NCBI GenBank assembly: GCA_964016885.1
Contig: OZ024754.1
Coordinates: 5,580,001 to 5,644,000 of the forward strand
DNA from: Eledone cirrhosa
Lineage: Eukaryota
DNA length: 64,000 bases
Reading direction: 5' to 3'
Shown here: piece after piece, positions 30,355 to 44,135 of the stretch
Numbering within the stretch: position 1 is the first letter of the stretch
Layout of the letters: each line of letters begins with the position of its first letter
Notes under the pieces: generated by a model
The model's database searches: none
What the model was told of the DNA's origin: nothing
Seen by the model: the letters and a program-made list of their open reading frames with translations, nothing else
Translations under genes and position numbers: made by a program

Positions 30355-31160
30355 ACTGCTGTCTATTCGGACGCCATGCTTTGCAGCATAGAGTTATGCC
30401 CATTTACAGTCTGAGTTCAAATCCCGCCGATGTCAGCTTTGCCTTTCATCCTTACTGCATCGATAAAATAAAAGTACCAGTAATGCACTGGTATAATTGC
30501 TGGCCTTGTGCCAAAAGTAGAAACAGTTATTATTGCGGTAAATTTGCAGTGTCTGTAGAGCGTCGGACAATATGCTTTGTGGCATAGAGTTACAGCCTTT
30601 TACGTTCTGAGTTCAAATGCTGCCGAGGGTAGCTTTGCCTTTCATCCTTACTGAATCGATAAAATAAAGTGCCACTAATTCCCTAGGGTCGATTTAATCG
30701 ACCCTAGTGAATTAGTGGCACTTTATTTTATCGATTTAATCGACTTTCCCACTCTCCACAAAATTGCTGGCCTTGTGCCTAAAGTAGAAACAATTATCAG
30801 TATTTAAAAATACATGTATGTGGCAATAAAATCAATGACGAACTCCCTAAACAGTTTCTTGGCCAGCTAGAAATAGTAGCTAAATATCTCTCAGATCACA
30901 CCTCGGATGAAATTACCTTATATTGGTGACCTACTATTACAACTGTCATGGTGAGCAGGACTTGTGCCTGAAGTGGAAATAATTATAATTGTGGATTGGC
31001 AGTATTGGCAGTATTGGACGCCATGCTTTGCGGCCCTTTATGATCTGAGTTCAAATCCCGCCGAGGTTTTAACTTTGCCTTTCATCCTTACAGGGTCGAT
31101 AAAATAAAGTACCAGCAATGTACTAGGTAATTGCTGGCCTTGTGCCAAAAGTAGACACAA
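30355..31160 (+). mobile_element. Cluster of three SINE copies (~30355-30530, ~30535-30795, ~30992-31160)
   Basis: Three B-box/body matches. The middle copy contains an 83-bp palindrome. Confidence 0.85.
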
Positions 31161-31357
31161 TTATTTTTATTTTCAGTCAAAACATAAACTCTACTCGCGA
31201 TACCGAGGAGGTGAGTGGCTTGATGGTTAGAGAGTTTGGCTCCAGTTCTTGTCCCGAACTTCACGTTGAGTTCACTTTGGAAAAATGAGTTGTACCTGTA
31301 AATTGAAGGGGCCAGCCTTCTCATATATTGTTTTACAATGAATCTCTCTGATACTGC

Positions 31358-31885
31358 ATCCCCCTCTCTATATCAATTAACACCAAACTCTCCCCCTCTC
31401 TATCTATACTACATGGAACTCTCTTTCAATCCCCCTCTCTATATCAATTAACACCAAACTCTCTCCCTCTCTATTTATACTACATGGAACTCTCTTCCAA
31501 TCCTCCTCTCTATATCAATTAACACCAAACTCGCCCCCTCTCTGTATCTACTAGATGGAACACTCTTCCAATCCCCCTCTCTCTATCTACTAGATGTAAC
31601 ACTCTTCCAATCCCCCTCTCTGTATCTACTAGATGGAACACTCTTCCAATCCCCCTCTCTGTATCTACTAGATGGAACTCTCTTCCGATCCCCCTCTCTG
31701 TATCTACTAGATGGAACACTCTTCCAATCCCCCTCTCTGTATCTACTAGATGGAACACTTTTCCGATCCCCCTCTCTGTATCTACTAGATGGAACTCTCT
31801 TCCGATCCCCCTCTCTATATCAATTAACACCAAACTCTCCCCCTCTCCGTATCTACTACACGGAACTCTCTTCCAATCTCCCTCT
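31358..31885. repeat. 39-bp minisatellite with an interspersed ~31-bp variant unit
   Basis: CCCCCTCTCTGTATCTACTAGATGGAACACTCTTCCAAT repeated. Explains the 13-aa repeat ORF at 31519-31833. Confidence 0.9.
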
Positions 31886-32821
31886 TTCTATCTGTATCTG
31901 TCTCTCCCATCTATCTCTACATAGTATGTAGAAACTGTAGCGCACATACAAATAGATGTGTGTTTTGTTAGTTTGGGGAGAAAAATATAATTATTGGGGA
32001 GTCCATGCTAGAGATAACTTCCCCAAATCTCTCACTCTAATGACACGCTATCGTGTTATTAAAAAAAGGGAAATTTGAATAATTAATTAGCTTTAATATA
32101 AAAATGAAATTTTATTTATCGTAAAATTCAACAATTTGAAAAATTATTATAATTACTATAATTGATTAAATGAATTTAAAATGAAATCACTGATTTAAAT
32201 TGCCACGTCAACTCCTACATCACACAATCACGCAGTCATGCCTGCACCTATAATGTTAATAATTGTTTGTAAATTAAGCACAGGACCAAAAATTTGGGAG
32301 GGAGAGTGATTCGATTATATCGAGGCCGGGAGGAATAAAGTAAAATATTGACCAAGCAGGATTTGGACTCCCAACGTAAAGAACCTGAACGAATGTCATG
32401 TAGAATTTTTGTTCAGGCGTTATCAATAAATATTTTATTTTTTAGCCAAAGATGCATGATAGGTTGAGGATAATATACAGAAGATAAAAAAGGGGGACAA
32501 AAAGACATGTGACAGAAAATGTTGAAGGCCAAGAAATTGACAGGGACCTCAAAAGTATTCACATAAATATTGTAAATAAGGAATTATTAAATTAAATATT
32601 TTTTCCGATATACCACGTCAATTTTATGTGCACTATGCTAATATACATATATACACATATAAATACATGTATATATATGAAAATATATATATATATATAT
32701 ACATATGTAGATAAATCTACCAAAAATTTACGGTAGAACTGTTTCTTTGTTTATTCATTACTTTATTAATTTATATATATACATATATATATATATAGAG
32801 ATATATAGATATATATATATA

Positions 32822-33010
32822 TATAACGGGTGTTTCTGATATATATATATATATATATATATATCAGAAGCACCCGTTAAGGTCGAAAGCTTAAACTTTA
32901 ATCTGTTATTTTAATAAATATTTGCTCTACAGTTTCATATATTATTTATATATATATTATCCTTATCGAGCGCTCTTCGGATTTTAGTCTTCACATTTAT
33001 TATTTTTACT
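32822..33010 (+). mobile_element. Family D Penelope-like remnant with decayed HHR-like motif
   Basis: CAGAAGC-ACCCGTTAAGGTC-GAAA-GC-TT-AAACTT, then tail ATCCTTATCGAGCGCTCTTCGGATTTTAGTCTTCAC shared with 57600-57780 and 58600-58700. Confidence 0.55.
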
Positions 33011-33051
33011 ATCTATAATAAATGGAAACTATATTTATAAAACCATATTTA

Positions 33052-33113
33052 TTTTATTATACATATTTCAAGGGCAACCAAGGCAAATTATGGTGCGCTT
33101 TCATCAGATAAAA
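33052..33113 (-). ncRNA. Minimal type I hammerhead ribozyme, family B
   Basis: Minus strand TTTTAT|CTGATGA|AAG-CGCACCA..TGGTTGCC-CTT|GAAA|TATGTA|TA^|ATAAAA. Confidence 0.8.
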
Positions 33114-33144
33114 TACAGATTTGTTTTATAAATAAATAAATAAA

Positions 33145-33204
33145 TATCTGATGAAAGCGAACCATAATTTGCCTTGGTTTCCCTTTGAAATATGTATAAT
33201 AAAA
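33145..33204 (+). ncRNA. Minimal type I hammerhead ribozyme, family B (inverted partner of 33052-33113)
   Basis: TAT|CTGATGA|AAG..CTTT|GAAA|TATGTA|TA^|ATAAAA. Stem I is shortened. The whole inverted repeat spans 33016-33240. Confidence 0.7.
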
Positions 33205-33421
33205 TAAATATGGTTTTATAAATATAGTTTCCATTTATTAATATATGTATATATATATATATATGGTTGAATTTATTAATATATTGAATTTATTAATATA
33301 TTGTATATATATACATATATGGTTGAATTCCGTAATAAATATTCAAATACAGAGTAGAATACTCAATAAGATGGACGACATGTATTACATAAAAAAATAT
33401 TACATTAACAGTGCACTTAAC

Positions 33422-33464
33422 ATGGCAGAACTAGGGACAGTAGATGATCTATTAGATTCACCTG
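33422..33464 (+). CDS. Possible first coding exon MAELGTVDDLLDSP (phase 1)
   Basis: aacATGG start context, CTG|GTAAAA donor, non-repetitive island. No recognisable homology. Confidence 0.2.
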
Positions 33465-33507
33465 GTAAAATTCGACTGTTCGGGAAATGTACTATGGATG
33501 TAATATA

Positions 33508-33668
<161 letters not shown>

Positions 33669-33942
33669 TATATATATATATATATATGCTTATATCTATA
33701 TCACTATATCTGCATCTCTATGGTATAGAGGGGGGGGGGGTATTCCATTTCTTCTATTCCCGTATTAGAATATGTTATCCGGATTATTTTCCATAATTAT
33801 TTAAGGCAAAAACGAAGCAGCATACACACGCAAGTAAACATATATACTCATTAAAAAAATGCATACACATCTGTATATCTGAACATATATGTGTGTAGAT
33901 ACGCACACTCATATATATATATAACGCACACACACACACACA

Positions 33943-34021
<79 letters not shown>

Positions 34022-34100
34022 TTGAACATATATGTACATATATATATATATATATGTGCATGGCAATATGTATATTTGATAATTATATGTGTGTATATGT

Positions 34101-34169
<69 letters not shown>

Positions 34170-34599
34170 TATATGAATATGCATATATATATATAAATAA
34201 TATATATATATATATAAGAATATGTATATATATATGTATATATGTGTGTGTGTGTGAGTGTTTTTGTATGGGGCGTTTGGTGTGTGTGTGTGCGCGTGTG
34301 TGTTTCTGTGTGTTGTTTATATTTTAGTGCATGTGTATTAATTATAAATCTATATATCCTGATCATTCTTGGAATTAGTAACGACAATCAATGGAAAACA
34401 TTTTTTAATCTCCCGTTCATTAATCTTCATCTAAATAGTTTATATAATCACATATGTGAGAAAAATCAGACATAATTCATATACGGTGAATATATATTAT
34501 AGAATGTATGGATGAACAAATATTAACGTTTTACACATGCAAACATATATCTAATCATACACACACACATATTTATATAAATGCTAATATATATATATG

Positions 34600-34639
<40 letters not shown>

Positions 34640-34758
34640 ATAAATATGTGTGTGTATAATTAGGTATGTGTTAGCGTGTGTAAAACGATATATGTATATC
34701 TGTATGTATATATACATACATATATATATGTATCTCCACATTTTATTATTATATATAT

Positions 34759-34822
<64 letters not shown>

Positions 34823-34903
34823 ATATATATAATAATAAAAAAACGGCCTGTGCCATGTTGTGGTCCTGTGTATCTAAATACATCCTGTCAGACATCAATT
34901 TAC

Positions 34904-34963
34904 TTTATCTGATGAGGACGTACTGATGAAATAGCTCAGTACCTTTGAAATATGTATTATAAA
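34904..34963 (+). ncRNA. Minimal type I hammerhead ribozyme, family B-related
   Basis: TTTAT|CTGATGA|GGAC-GTACTGA-tgaaatagc-TCAGTAC-CTTT|GAAA|TATGTA|TT^|ATAAA. Confidence 0.75.
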
Positions 34964-35047
34964 TTATATTTGATTACATGAATGTCTATATTTATTAATA
35001 TTTTGAAGTAATATATATACACACACATACACACATACATATGTATA

Positions 35048-35122
<75 letters not shown>

Positions 35123-35213
35123 TTATATACATATATGTGTATCTGTAATACTTCTATATTCGTACTCGAAGTGAGTGGATATATATATATGTATGCGTAT
35201 AAATATATATATA

Positions 35214-35310
<97 letters not shown>

Positions 35311-35391
35311 TCATGCATACATACACATGTAAGCACTGGTATTTATTAAACAAATTCTATTATTGTTCAACTTGTATTATTACCAGAAATT

Positions 35392-35556
35392 CAGTAGAGG
35401 GTCGGACGCCATGCTTTCCCGCATAGTTATGTCCCTTTACGATCTGAGTTCAAATCCCGCCGAGGTTGACTTTGCCTTTCATCCTTACGGGGTCGATAAA
35501 ATAAAGTACCAGTAATGCACTGGGTAATTGCTGGCCTTGTGCCTAAAGTAGAAACA
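35392..35556 (+). mobile_element. 5'-truncated SINE with 16-bp target site duplication
   Basis: ATTATTACCAGAAATT at 35376-35391 and again at 35557-35572. Confidence 0.9.
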
Positions 35557-35789
35557 ATTATTACCAGAAATTATATGACAATAATATGGATTAAAATCTC
35601 TAAAAGTAAAAAAAAAAACGGATTATTGTAATTAATAAACGGTGCATATATATGTGCGCATGTACATTAGCTCAAGTGCATAGGTGCATGTCTGCATTTA
35701 TATGTACATGCATGTTTTCCTGTTTGGGTGCACTTGTGTGTATATATGTATGCGTGTGTGTGTATGTGTGCAAGTCTGTATGTGTGTAA

Positions 35790-36550
35790 ATATTGTTTCT
35801 ACGTTAGGCACAAGGTCAGCAATTTGAGTGGAGGAGAAAGTCGATTAAATCGACCCCAATCCATTACTGGTGCTTTATTTATCGACCCTGTAAGGATGAA
35901 AGGCAAATCTAACCTCGGTGGGATTTGAACTCAGATCGTAAAGAGCCGTAACTCTATGCTGCAAAGCATGGCGTCCGATCGTCTACCGATTCTGCCAATC
36001 CACCGCCTTAATAATAATAATTATTATTTCTACTTTAGGCACAAGGTCAGCAATTTGGGGGAAGGGAAAGTCGATTAAATTCGACCCCAGTGCATTACTG
36101 GTATTTTATTTAATCGACCTCGTAAGGATGAAAGGCAAAGCTAACCTCGGCGGGATTTGAACTCAGATCGTAAAGAGCCGTAACTCTATGCCACAAAACA
36201 TGGCGTCCGACGCTCTACCGATATTGCCAATCCGCCGCCCTTATGTATGTAAATACTGATATGAAATTGAATATGCTGTTTGACATGATGTCTACAAAAA
36301 TTATATAACGTTGCCCTAGATGCAGTTTTTTGGTCAGCTCTGAAGGAATAGAATGAGGACGTGTGTTATAATTGTTTCTACTTTAGGCACCAGGCCAGCA
36401 ATTACCCAGTGCATTACTGGTACTTTATTTTATCGACCCCGTAAGGATGAAAGGCAAAGTCAACCTCGGCGGGATTTGAACTCAGATCGTAAAGGGACAT
36501 AACTATGCGGGAAAGCATGGCGTCCGACCCTCTACCGATACTGCCAATCT
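35790..36550 (-). mobile_element. Three SINE copies (~35790-36008, ~36022-36240, ~36370-36550)
   Basis: Family consensus on the reverse strand. The first two are the long subfamily. Confidence 0.9.
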
Positions 36551-36759
36551 AATGCAAGGCCCTACACATCTTAAATCATTACGCAATTATATTACGTTGT
36601 AATATATATTACACAATGTCTGTCAGAGGAATATGGATGGTACGGGGGTGTGCTTATGTGTGTGTATTTGGACTTATGTATTTATGTTTTTGTGTGTGCG
36701 CCTATGTGTGTGAGTTTGTTGTGTATGTGCAAGAATGTAAGCGTGCTTGAGCGTGTTTG

Positions 36760-37285
36760 TGCGGGTGGCGAATATTTATATATGTGTAAGCGAGTGCATG
36801 TGTACGTGTATGTGGCTGCGGGCATGTGTGGGTGCGAATATTTATATGTGTGTAAGCGAGTGCATGTGTACGTGTATGTGGCTGCGGGTATGTGCGGGTG
36901 CGAATATTTATATATGTGTAAGCGAGCGCATGTGTACGTGTATGTGGCTGTGAGTATGTGCGGGTACGAATATTTATATATGTGTAAGCGTGTGCATGTG
37001 TACGTGTATGTGGCTGTGAGTATGTGCGGGTACGAATATTTATATATGTGTAAGCGAGTGCATGTGTATGTGGCTGTGAGTATGTGCGGGTACGAATATT
37101 TATATATGTGTAAGCGTGTGCATGTGTACGTGTATGTGGCTATGAGTATGTGCGGGTACGAATACTTATATATGTGTAAGCGTGTGCATGTGTACGTGTA
37201 TGTGGCTGTGAGTATGTGCGGGGGCGAATATTTATATATGTGTAAGCGAGTGCATGTGTACGTGTATGTGACTGCGGGCATGTGC
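36760..37285. repeat. 66-bp minisatellite, ~8 copies
   Basis: Unit GCGAATATTTATATATGTGTAAGCGAGTGCATGTGTACGTGTATGTGGCTG.. gives the 22-aa repeat in ORF 36650-37369. Confidence 0.9.
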
Positions 37286-39138
37286 ATGTGTGTGTATGTG
37301 TGTATGTGTATATGTGTGTGTATGTGTATATGCGCATGTGTGTTTGTGTGTATGTGTGTGTATGTGTGAAGACAACATAAAATTTAATGGCAGTATTATG
37401 TTTGAAGAAAATGCATGCGTGGGTGTGTATGTGTGTGTGTGTGTATGTGTATGTGTGTATGCGTGTATGTGTATGTGTGTGTATGTGTGTGTGTGTGTAT
37501 GTGTCTATAAAATTTAACGGGAGTACTATGTTTGAAGGAATTCAGGTGTGTGTGTATGTAGACAAAATAAACCGTAACGACAGTGTTACGTGTGTGAGCG
37601 TATGTATGTGTGCGTATGTGTATGTAGAGAAAATATAGTGTGACAGCAATTATATATGAGGGTGTTTGTGCGTGTGTTTGTGTGAGTGTGTATATATATG
37701 TGTGCTTGTGTGTTTGTGGGTGTGAAGGTGTGTGTGAGGGTGTGTGTGAGTGTATATACGCTTGTGTATGTGTGTGACTATGTTGTGTTTGAGGGGGTAT
37801 GTGCTTGTGTGTTTGTTTGAGCGTGTGTGTGTGTGAGGATGTGTGTGTGTGACGATGTTTTGTGCTTGCGTGTTTGTGTGAGTGTATGTGTCTGGTTGTA
37901 CGTCTGTGAGCGGTGTGTATGGCTGTGTGTGTGTGTGATGAAGTGTGTGCTTGTGTATTTGTGTGAGTGTATGTGTGTTTGAGTGCATGTGTGTGGTTGG
38001 GTGTATGTGTGAGCTTGTGTGTGGCTGTATGCCTGTGAACGTGTGTGTGTGGCTGTGTGTTGGTGTGTGTGTTGTGAAGATGTGTGTGCTTGTGTATTTG
38101 TGTGAGTGTATGTGTGTTTGAGTGCATGTGTGTGGTTGGGTGTATGTGTGAGCTTGTGTGTGGCTGTATGCCTGTGAACGTGTGTGTGGCTGTGTGTCGG
38201 TGTGTGGTGTGTGTGACTGTGTGTGTGTGACGATGTGCGTGCTTGTGTATTTGTGTGAGTGTATGTGTGTGGTTGGGTGTATGTGTGAGCTTGTGTGTGG
38301 CTGAATGCCTGTGAACGTGTGTGTGGGCTGAATGCCTGTGAACGTGTGTGTGGCTGTGTGTCGGTATGTGTGTGTGTCTGTGTGTCGGTGTGTGTGCAAA
38401 CAAGATAAAGTGTAACAAGAAATATCTAATATATGTGCGTGTGATGTGTGAAAATCAACAGCACCAAGATGGCGAATTATTGGTAGCAACAGTGTGAAGT
38501 AGTAGCAGAAACATGAACTGCTGTTCCACTGCAACAATAACTGCAGCCACTGACATTGTAATTCTTGCAGTATGTATGTATGGTCCCGTAAGTCCTGGTA
38601 GAATCGTAGGGGCACCGTATTGACATACGGCTTTTCTTGGGCATTTTAAAACCTGGTGGAGCCCATTCCAAACCAGGACTGAGTTACAGCAGATTTCTTC
38701 CCGAGAAAGATAGAAAGTGAGAGAGAGGATATAAGAAAGAGTTATAGAGGGGGAAAAAAAACCTGATTACAAGACTGGTACTTATTGTATCGACCACGAA
38801 AGAATTAAATCCAAAGTTGACCTCGGCGAGATTTGAACTCAAAGAGCAGCGAGCCGGAACAAATACCTCAAGGCATTCTATTCGACGTTCTTCGGCGCCG
38901 ATAAATCTTGCAGTAGTTGTTGTAAAACTTATTCCTGCTATAATTCCTCCTAAAATTGGCACAAGTCCTGACATCTGGGGGAAGGGGAAAATCGAGTATG
39001 TTGGTCATTGTGTTTAACTAGTACTGAAAAGAACTGAACTGAGGCAATATAATGCTCAAACACTTGCACGTTAATTTCAGGAGCAGGCTGTGAATCTCAT
39101 CAACTGGAAATCTCATCGTCGTAAAGATTTATATGTAC

Positions 39139-39198
<60 letters not shown>

Positions 39199-39333
39199 AG
39201 AGAGAGAGAGAGCTTGAAGCATTGTGGAATAATAAAAATAGTCGTTTTGGAAGCATCAACAATGTAGATGGGCAAAACTTCGGTTAACAGAATCAGGTGG
39301 TAATGAGAGAATATATATATATGTATATATATA

Positions 39334-39423
<90 letters not shown>

Positions 39424-39427
39424 TTAT

Positions 39428-39565
39428 AACGAAGGAAATGTGGTAAGGAACCAGGTGGACCATAACGCACCAAAGTACTCAATACTTAGGGTAGTAGAGT
39501 GGGTAATAGGAACAAGTAAGACCCCGACGGCTGAGCTCAAGCCGTTTCGACTGCTAATTCTGGAC
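39428..39565 (-). mobile_element. Family A Penelope-like 3' remnant (single arm)
   Basis: Near-identical to 3336-3461. Ends in the stem II hairpin (..GCTAATTCTGGAC). Confidence 0.7.
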
Positions 39566-40390
39566 AACTTCTGCCGTTCTATAATACTGCCAGTCTATCT
39601 GTATCAACTTCTGCCGTTCTATAATACTTCCAGTCTATATATATATCAACTTCTGCCGTTCTATAATACTTCCAGTCTATCTCTATCAACATCTGCCGTT
39701 CTATAATACTGCCTGTCTATCTATATCATCTTCTGCCGTTCTATAATACTTCCAGTCTATCTATATCATCTTCTGCCGTTCTATAATACTTCCAGTCTAT
39801 CTCTATCAACTTCTGCCGTTCTATAATACTTCCAGTCTATCTCTATCAACTTCTGCCGTTCTATAATACTTCCAGTCTATCTCTATCAACTTCTGCCGTT
39901 CTATAATACTTCCAGTCTATATATATCAACTTCTGCCGTTCTATAATACTTCCAGTCTATCTCTATCAACTTCTGCCGTTCTATAATACTTCCAGTCTAT
40001 CCCTATCAACTTCTGCCGTTCTATAATACTTCCAGTCTATCTATATCAACTTCTGCCGTTCTATAATACTTCCAGTCTATCTATATCAACTTCTGCCGTT
40101 CTATAATACTGCCAGTCTATCTGTATCAACTTCTGCCGTTCCATAATACTTCCAGTCTATCTATATCAACTTCTGCCGTTCTATAATACTGCCAGTCTAT
40201 CTCTATCAACTTCTGCCGTTCTATAATACTGCCAGTCTATCTGTATCAACTTCTGCCGTTCTATACTACTGCCAGTCTATCTCTATCAACTTCTGCCGTT
40301 CTATAATACTGCCAGTCTATCTATATCAACTTGTGCCGTTCTATAATACTGCCAGTCTATCTCTATCAACTTGTGCCGTTCTATATCTGT
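39566..40390. repeat. 40-bp minisatellite, ~20 copies
   Basis: CTATAATACTTCCAGTCTATCTCTATCAACTTCTGCCGTT with period 40. Confidence 0.95.
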
Positions 40391-40899
40391 ATCACTTATG
40401 TCGTTCTACATCAATGCCTGACTTTTTTATATCTTACCCTGTCATTCTATATCACACCCTGTCGATGTATATCACACTTCCTGTCTTTCTATATAACTTC
40501 CTGTCTTTCTATATGACTTACGGTCGATATATATGTCACACTTCCTGTTTGTTTGTTTTACACAACGCACCTATATTATTTCTACAATATACACGCTCTA
40601 TCACTTGAATCAAATGTTTGTCTCCACAATGGTTTGAGAACAACGGCAGGAGTTATCAGCAACAGATCTCCATATATTCCGTCACAGATGGATCAACTAT
40701 GAAGTAAATTGGGGTGGCTGATGCAGTGGGTGGTGCTGGATATTGTTCACGGGTGTGCTTTTCCGGTCTTATATTATTCTATATTCAGTTTGACTGGACT
40801 AAAGACCTTCCAACCTGTAAAAACCCAAACGAGGAGTACCGTGAAAAACGTGCCCCAAAACAGAGAGAAATGAAGCAAAATTGGGGAGAGTTTACATAA

Positions 40900-41113
40900 T
40901 GATTTCTAGTATAGGCATAAGGCCAGTAAGTTGGGGTGGAGGAAGTCGATTAAATCGACCCCAGTACGTTACTGGAGCTTTATGTTATCGACCCCGTAAG
41001 AATGAAAGGCAAACCTCTGCGGGATTTGAACTCAGATCATGAAGGGCCGTAGCTCTATGCTGCAAAGAATGGTGTCCGACTCTCTGCCGATACTGCCAAT
41101 CCACTGCCAATCC
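40900..41113 (-). mobile_element. tRNA-derived SINE, long subfamily
   Basis: Family consensus, reverse strand. Confidence 0.85.
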
Positions 41114-41437
41114 ACAGAGATTTAACATAATGAAAACTATACCCGTTTTCACAAGAGAAGACATCTCTCACTCACCCCCAAAGTGGGTGGGAGATCGACC
41201 CGTCGGACGGGGAGAGTTGACAGGTCTGGAACTAACATTTGAATAGCTAAATGTCACAAGATGAATATATTGGAAGACGAATCTGCTAGTAGTAAGCAGC
41301 AGCACAATAAAGGGTACAAACTTTCTACAAGTTTTTATTTCTTTACAGGGAATATATTTATATTAAAGTGACTTCAAGTCTTCTACAGATTTATATATAT
41401 ATATATATATATTAAAACAATTTCTATACCTTTCATT

Positions 41438-41500
<63 letters not shown>

Positions 41501-41599
41501 CGATATATAAACCTAAGTATATTGACTTTGTTTTAGCAAAGGGATATATCGGATTGATTTTGAATAACTAAAGATATATACTTCTACATATATATATAC

Positions 41600-41659
<60 letters not shown>

Positions 41660-41704
41660 TTATATATATATAAATACATATATATGTATATACTTATATA
41701 TATT

Positions 41705-41806
<102 letters not shown>

Positions 41807-41848
41807 CATATTATATATATATATATTATATATATATTATATATATAC

Positions 41849-41883
<35 letters not shown>

Positions 41884-41919
41884 TTATATATATATATAAA
41901 TACATATATATGTATATAC

Positions 41920-42019
<100 letters not shown>

Positions 42020-42529
42020 ATAATTCTTGTCTTGGTCTTGTTACAGTTATTGTCAATGCTGTTATTTCCGGTGCCCTTCAATTGAAACTTCACAAATATA
42101 GATATTTCTAAATATCTTAAGGTCGATAGGAGAGATTCACAAACCTAAGTAGCAGTTCTGATCTCTATCTTTTAATTTATATTCTTTATGTCTCTCTCAT
42201 ACTTCTTCGTCCTTTCTCTCACCTTTGCTTTCTTCCCATCTTTTTCCATATGTTTCCACGTATACCTATATATACCTATATCACACAACAGTCTAACAAC
42301 ATACGTATACAATAACGTCCAATACACTTCTATCACTTTCAATCTCTTGATATACATACTTTTCATACTTATGTGTGCATAATATGTATATATATGTGTA
42401 TATATATGTATATATATATATATATGTATGTATATATATATATATATATATATATAAGTATATATATATATAAGTATATCCTTAAACTGATGCATAGAGA
42501 AGCACAGACGTATGTATGTAAGCCCATAA

Positions 42530-42612
<83 letters not shown>

Positions 42613-42738
42613 TATATCCTTAAATTGATGTATATACAAGCACACACATATGTCCATATATATCTAATATATATATATATATATAAGTATATCCTTAAAT
42701 TGATGCATACAGAAGCACACACGTATGTATGTAAGCCC

Positions 42739-42858
<120 letters not shown>

Positions 42859-42899
42859 TATATCCTTAAATCGATGTATATACAAGCACACACATATGT

Positions 42900-42960
<61 letters not shown>

Positions 42961-43300
42961 TTTATCTATATATATGTATATATATATGTATATATATATA
43001 TATATTATAGCAAATACTGTTAGATTCAAATGTCAAGCGACATCGCTTTTGTCATAAGCACTTCCTTGATGTCATAAATCTGTTACAAGTATATCGCGCA
43101 CCTACAACAACTACAACGACAACGACAAAATCTAAAAGAACTAGAATAGCAATACCAAAAATACAATAAATGTAAATATAAATATACGTTCGGAAAAGCA
43201 CGTCCAAAATAGATTGCTGTGATACATAGCCTTTGTTCCTGGAACACATTAAGACAAGTAGTTGATATATACATTACTATATATACATATATATATAGTA

Positions 43301-43334
<34 letters not shown>

Positions 43335-43337
43335 ATG

Positions 43338-43376
<39 letters not shown>

Positions 43377-43393
43377 ATATATGTATATATATG

Positions 43394-43512
<119 letters not shown>

Positions 43513-43541
43513 ATGTATATATATATATAATCTTTTGTTCT

Positions 43542-43654
<113 letters not shown>

Positions 43655-43662
43655 ATATACAT

Positions 43663-43722
<60 letters not shown>

Positions 43723-44102
43723 GTGTGTATATATATACACATATATGTATGTATATAGATAGGCGTATATATATATATATATATATTCTAAACACGCTGA
43801 AAAATGCGTAAATTGTGTAGCTACTGTAGGTGAGAGTGAGTTCGAAGTTAACTGATACATTGATGTATATCTGTATATATATATATATACATATATATAC
43901 ATATATATACATATATATACATATATATACACACACACACACATATATATATATATATGTGTGTGGGTGTTTCGTATAAAAATGCCCTTTATATAGCAGG
44001 TAAATCCGTTTATGTTGTTTCGGACGCTACTCCTTCGTCAGAAGACAGAACAAGTGATAATATATGAAATATAGAGTGAGAAAGGGAAGCAACAGAAAAA
44101 GG

Positions 44103-44135
<33 letters not shown>

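Noticed and set aside
43995-44048. Minus-strand CTGACGA-AGGA..TCC-GAAA hammerhead candidate
   Set aside because: Core boxes and stem II are present, but there is no convincing stem III, NUH or stem I. At most a decayed relic.
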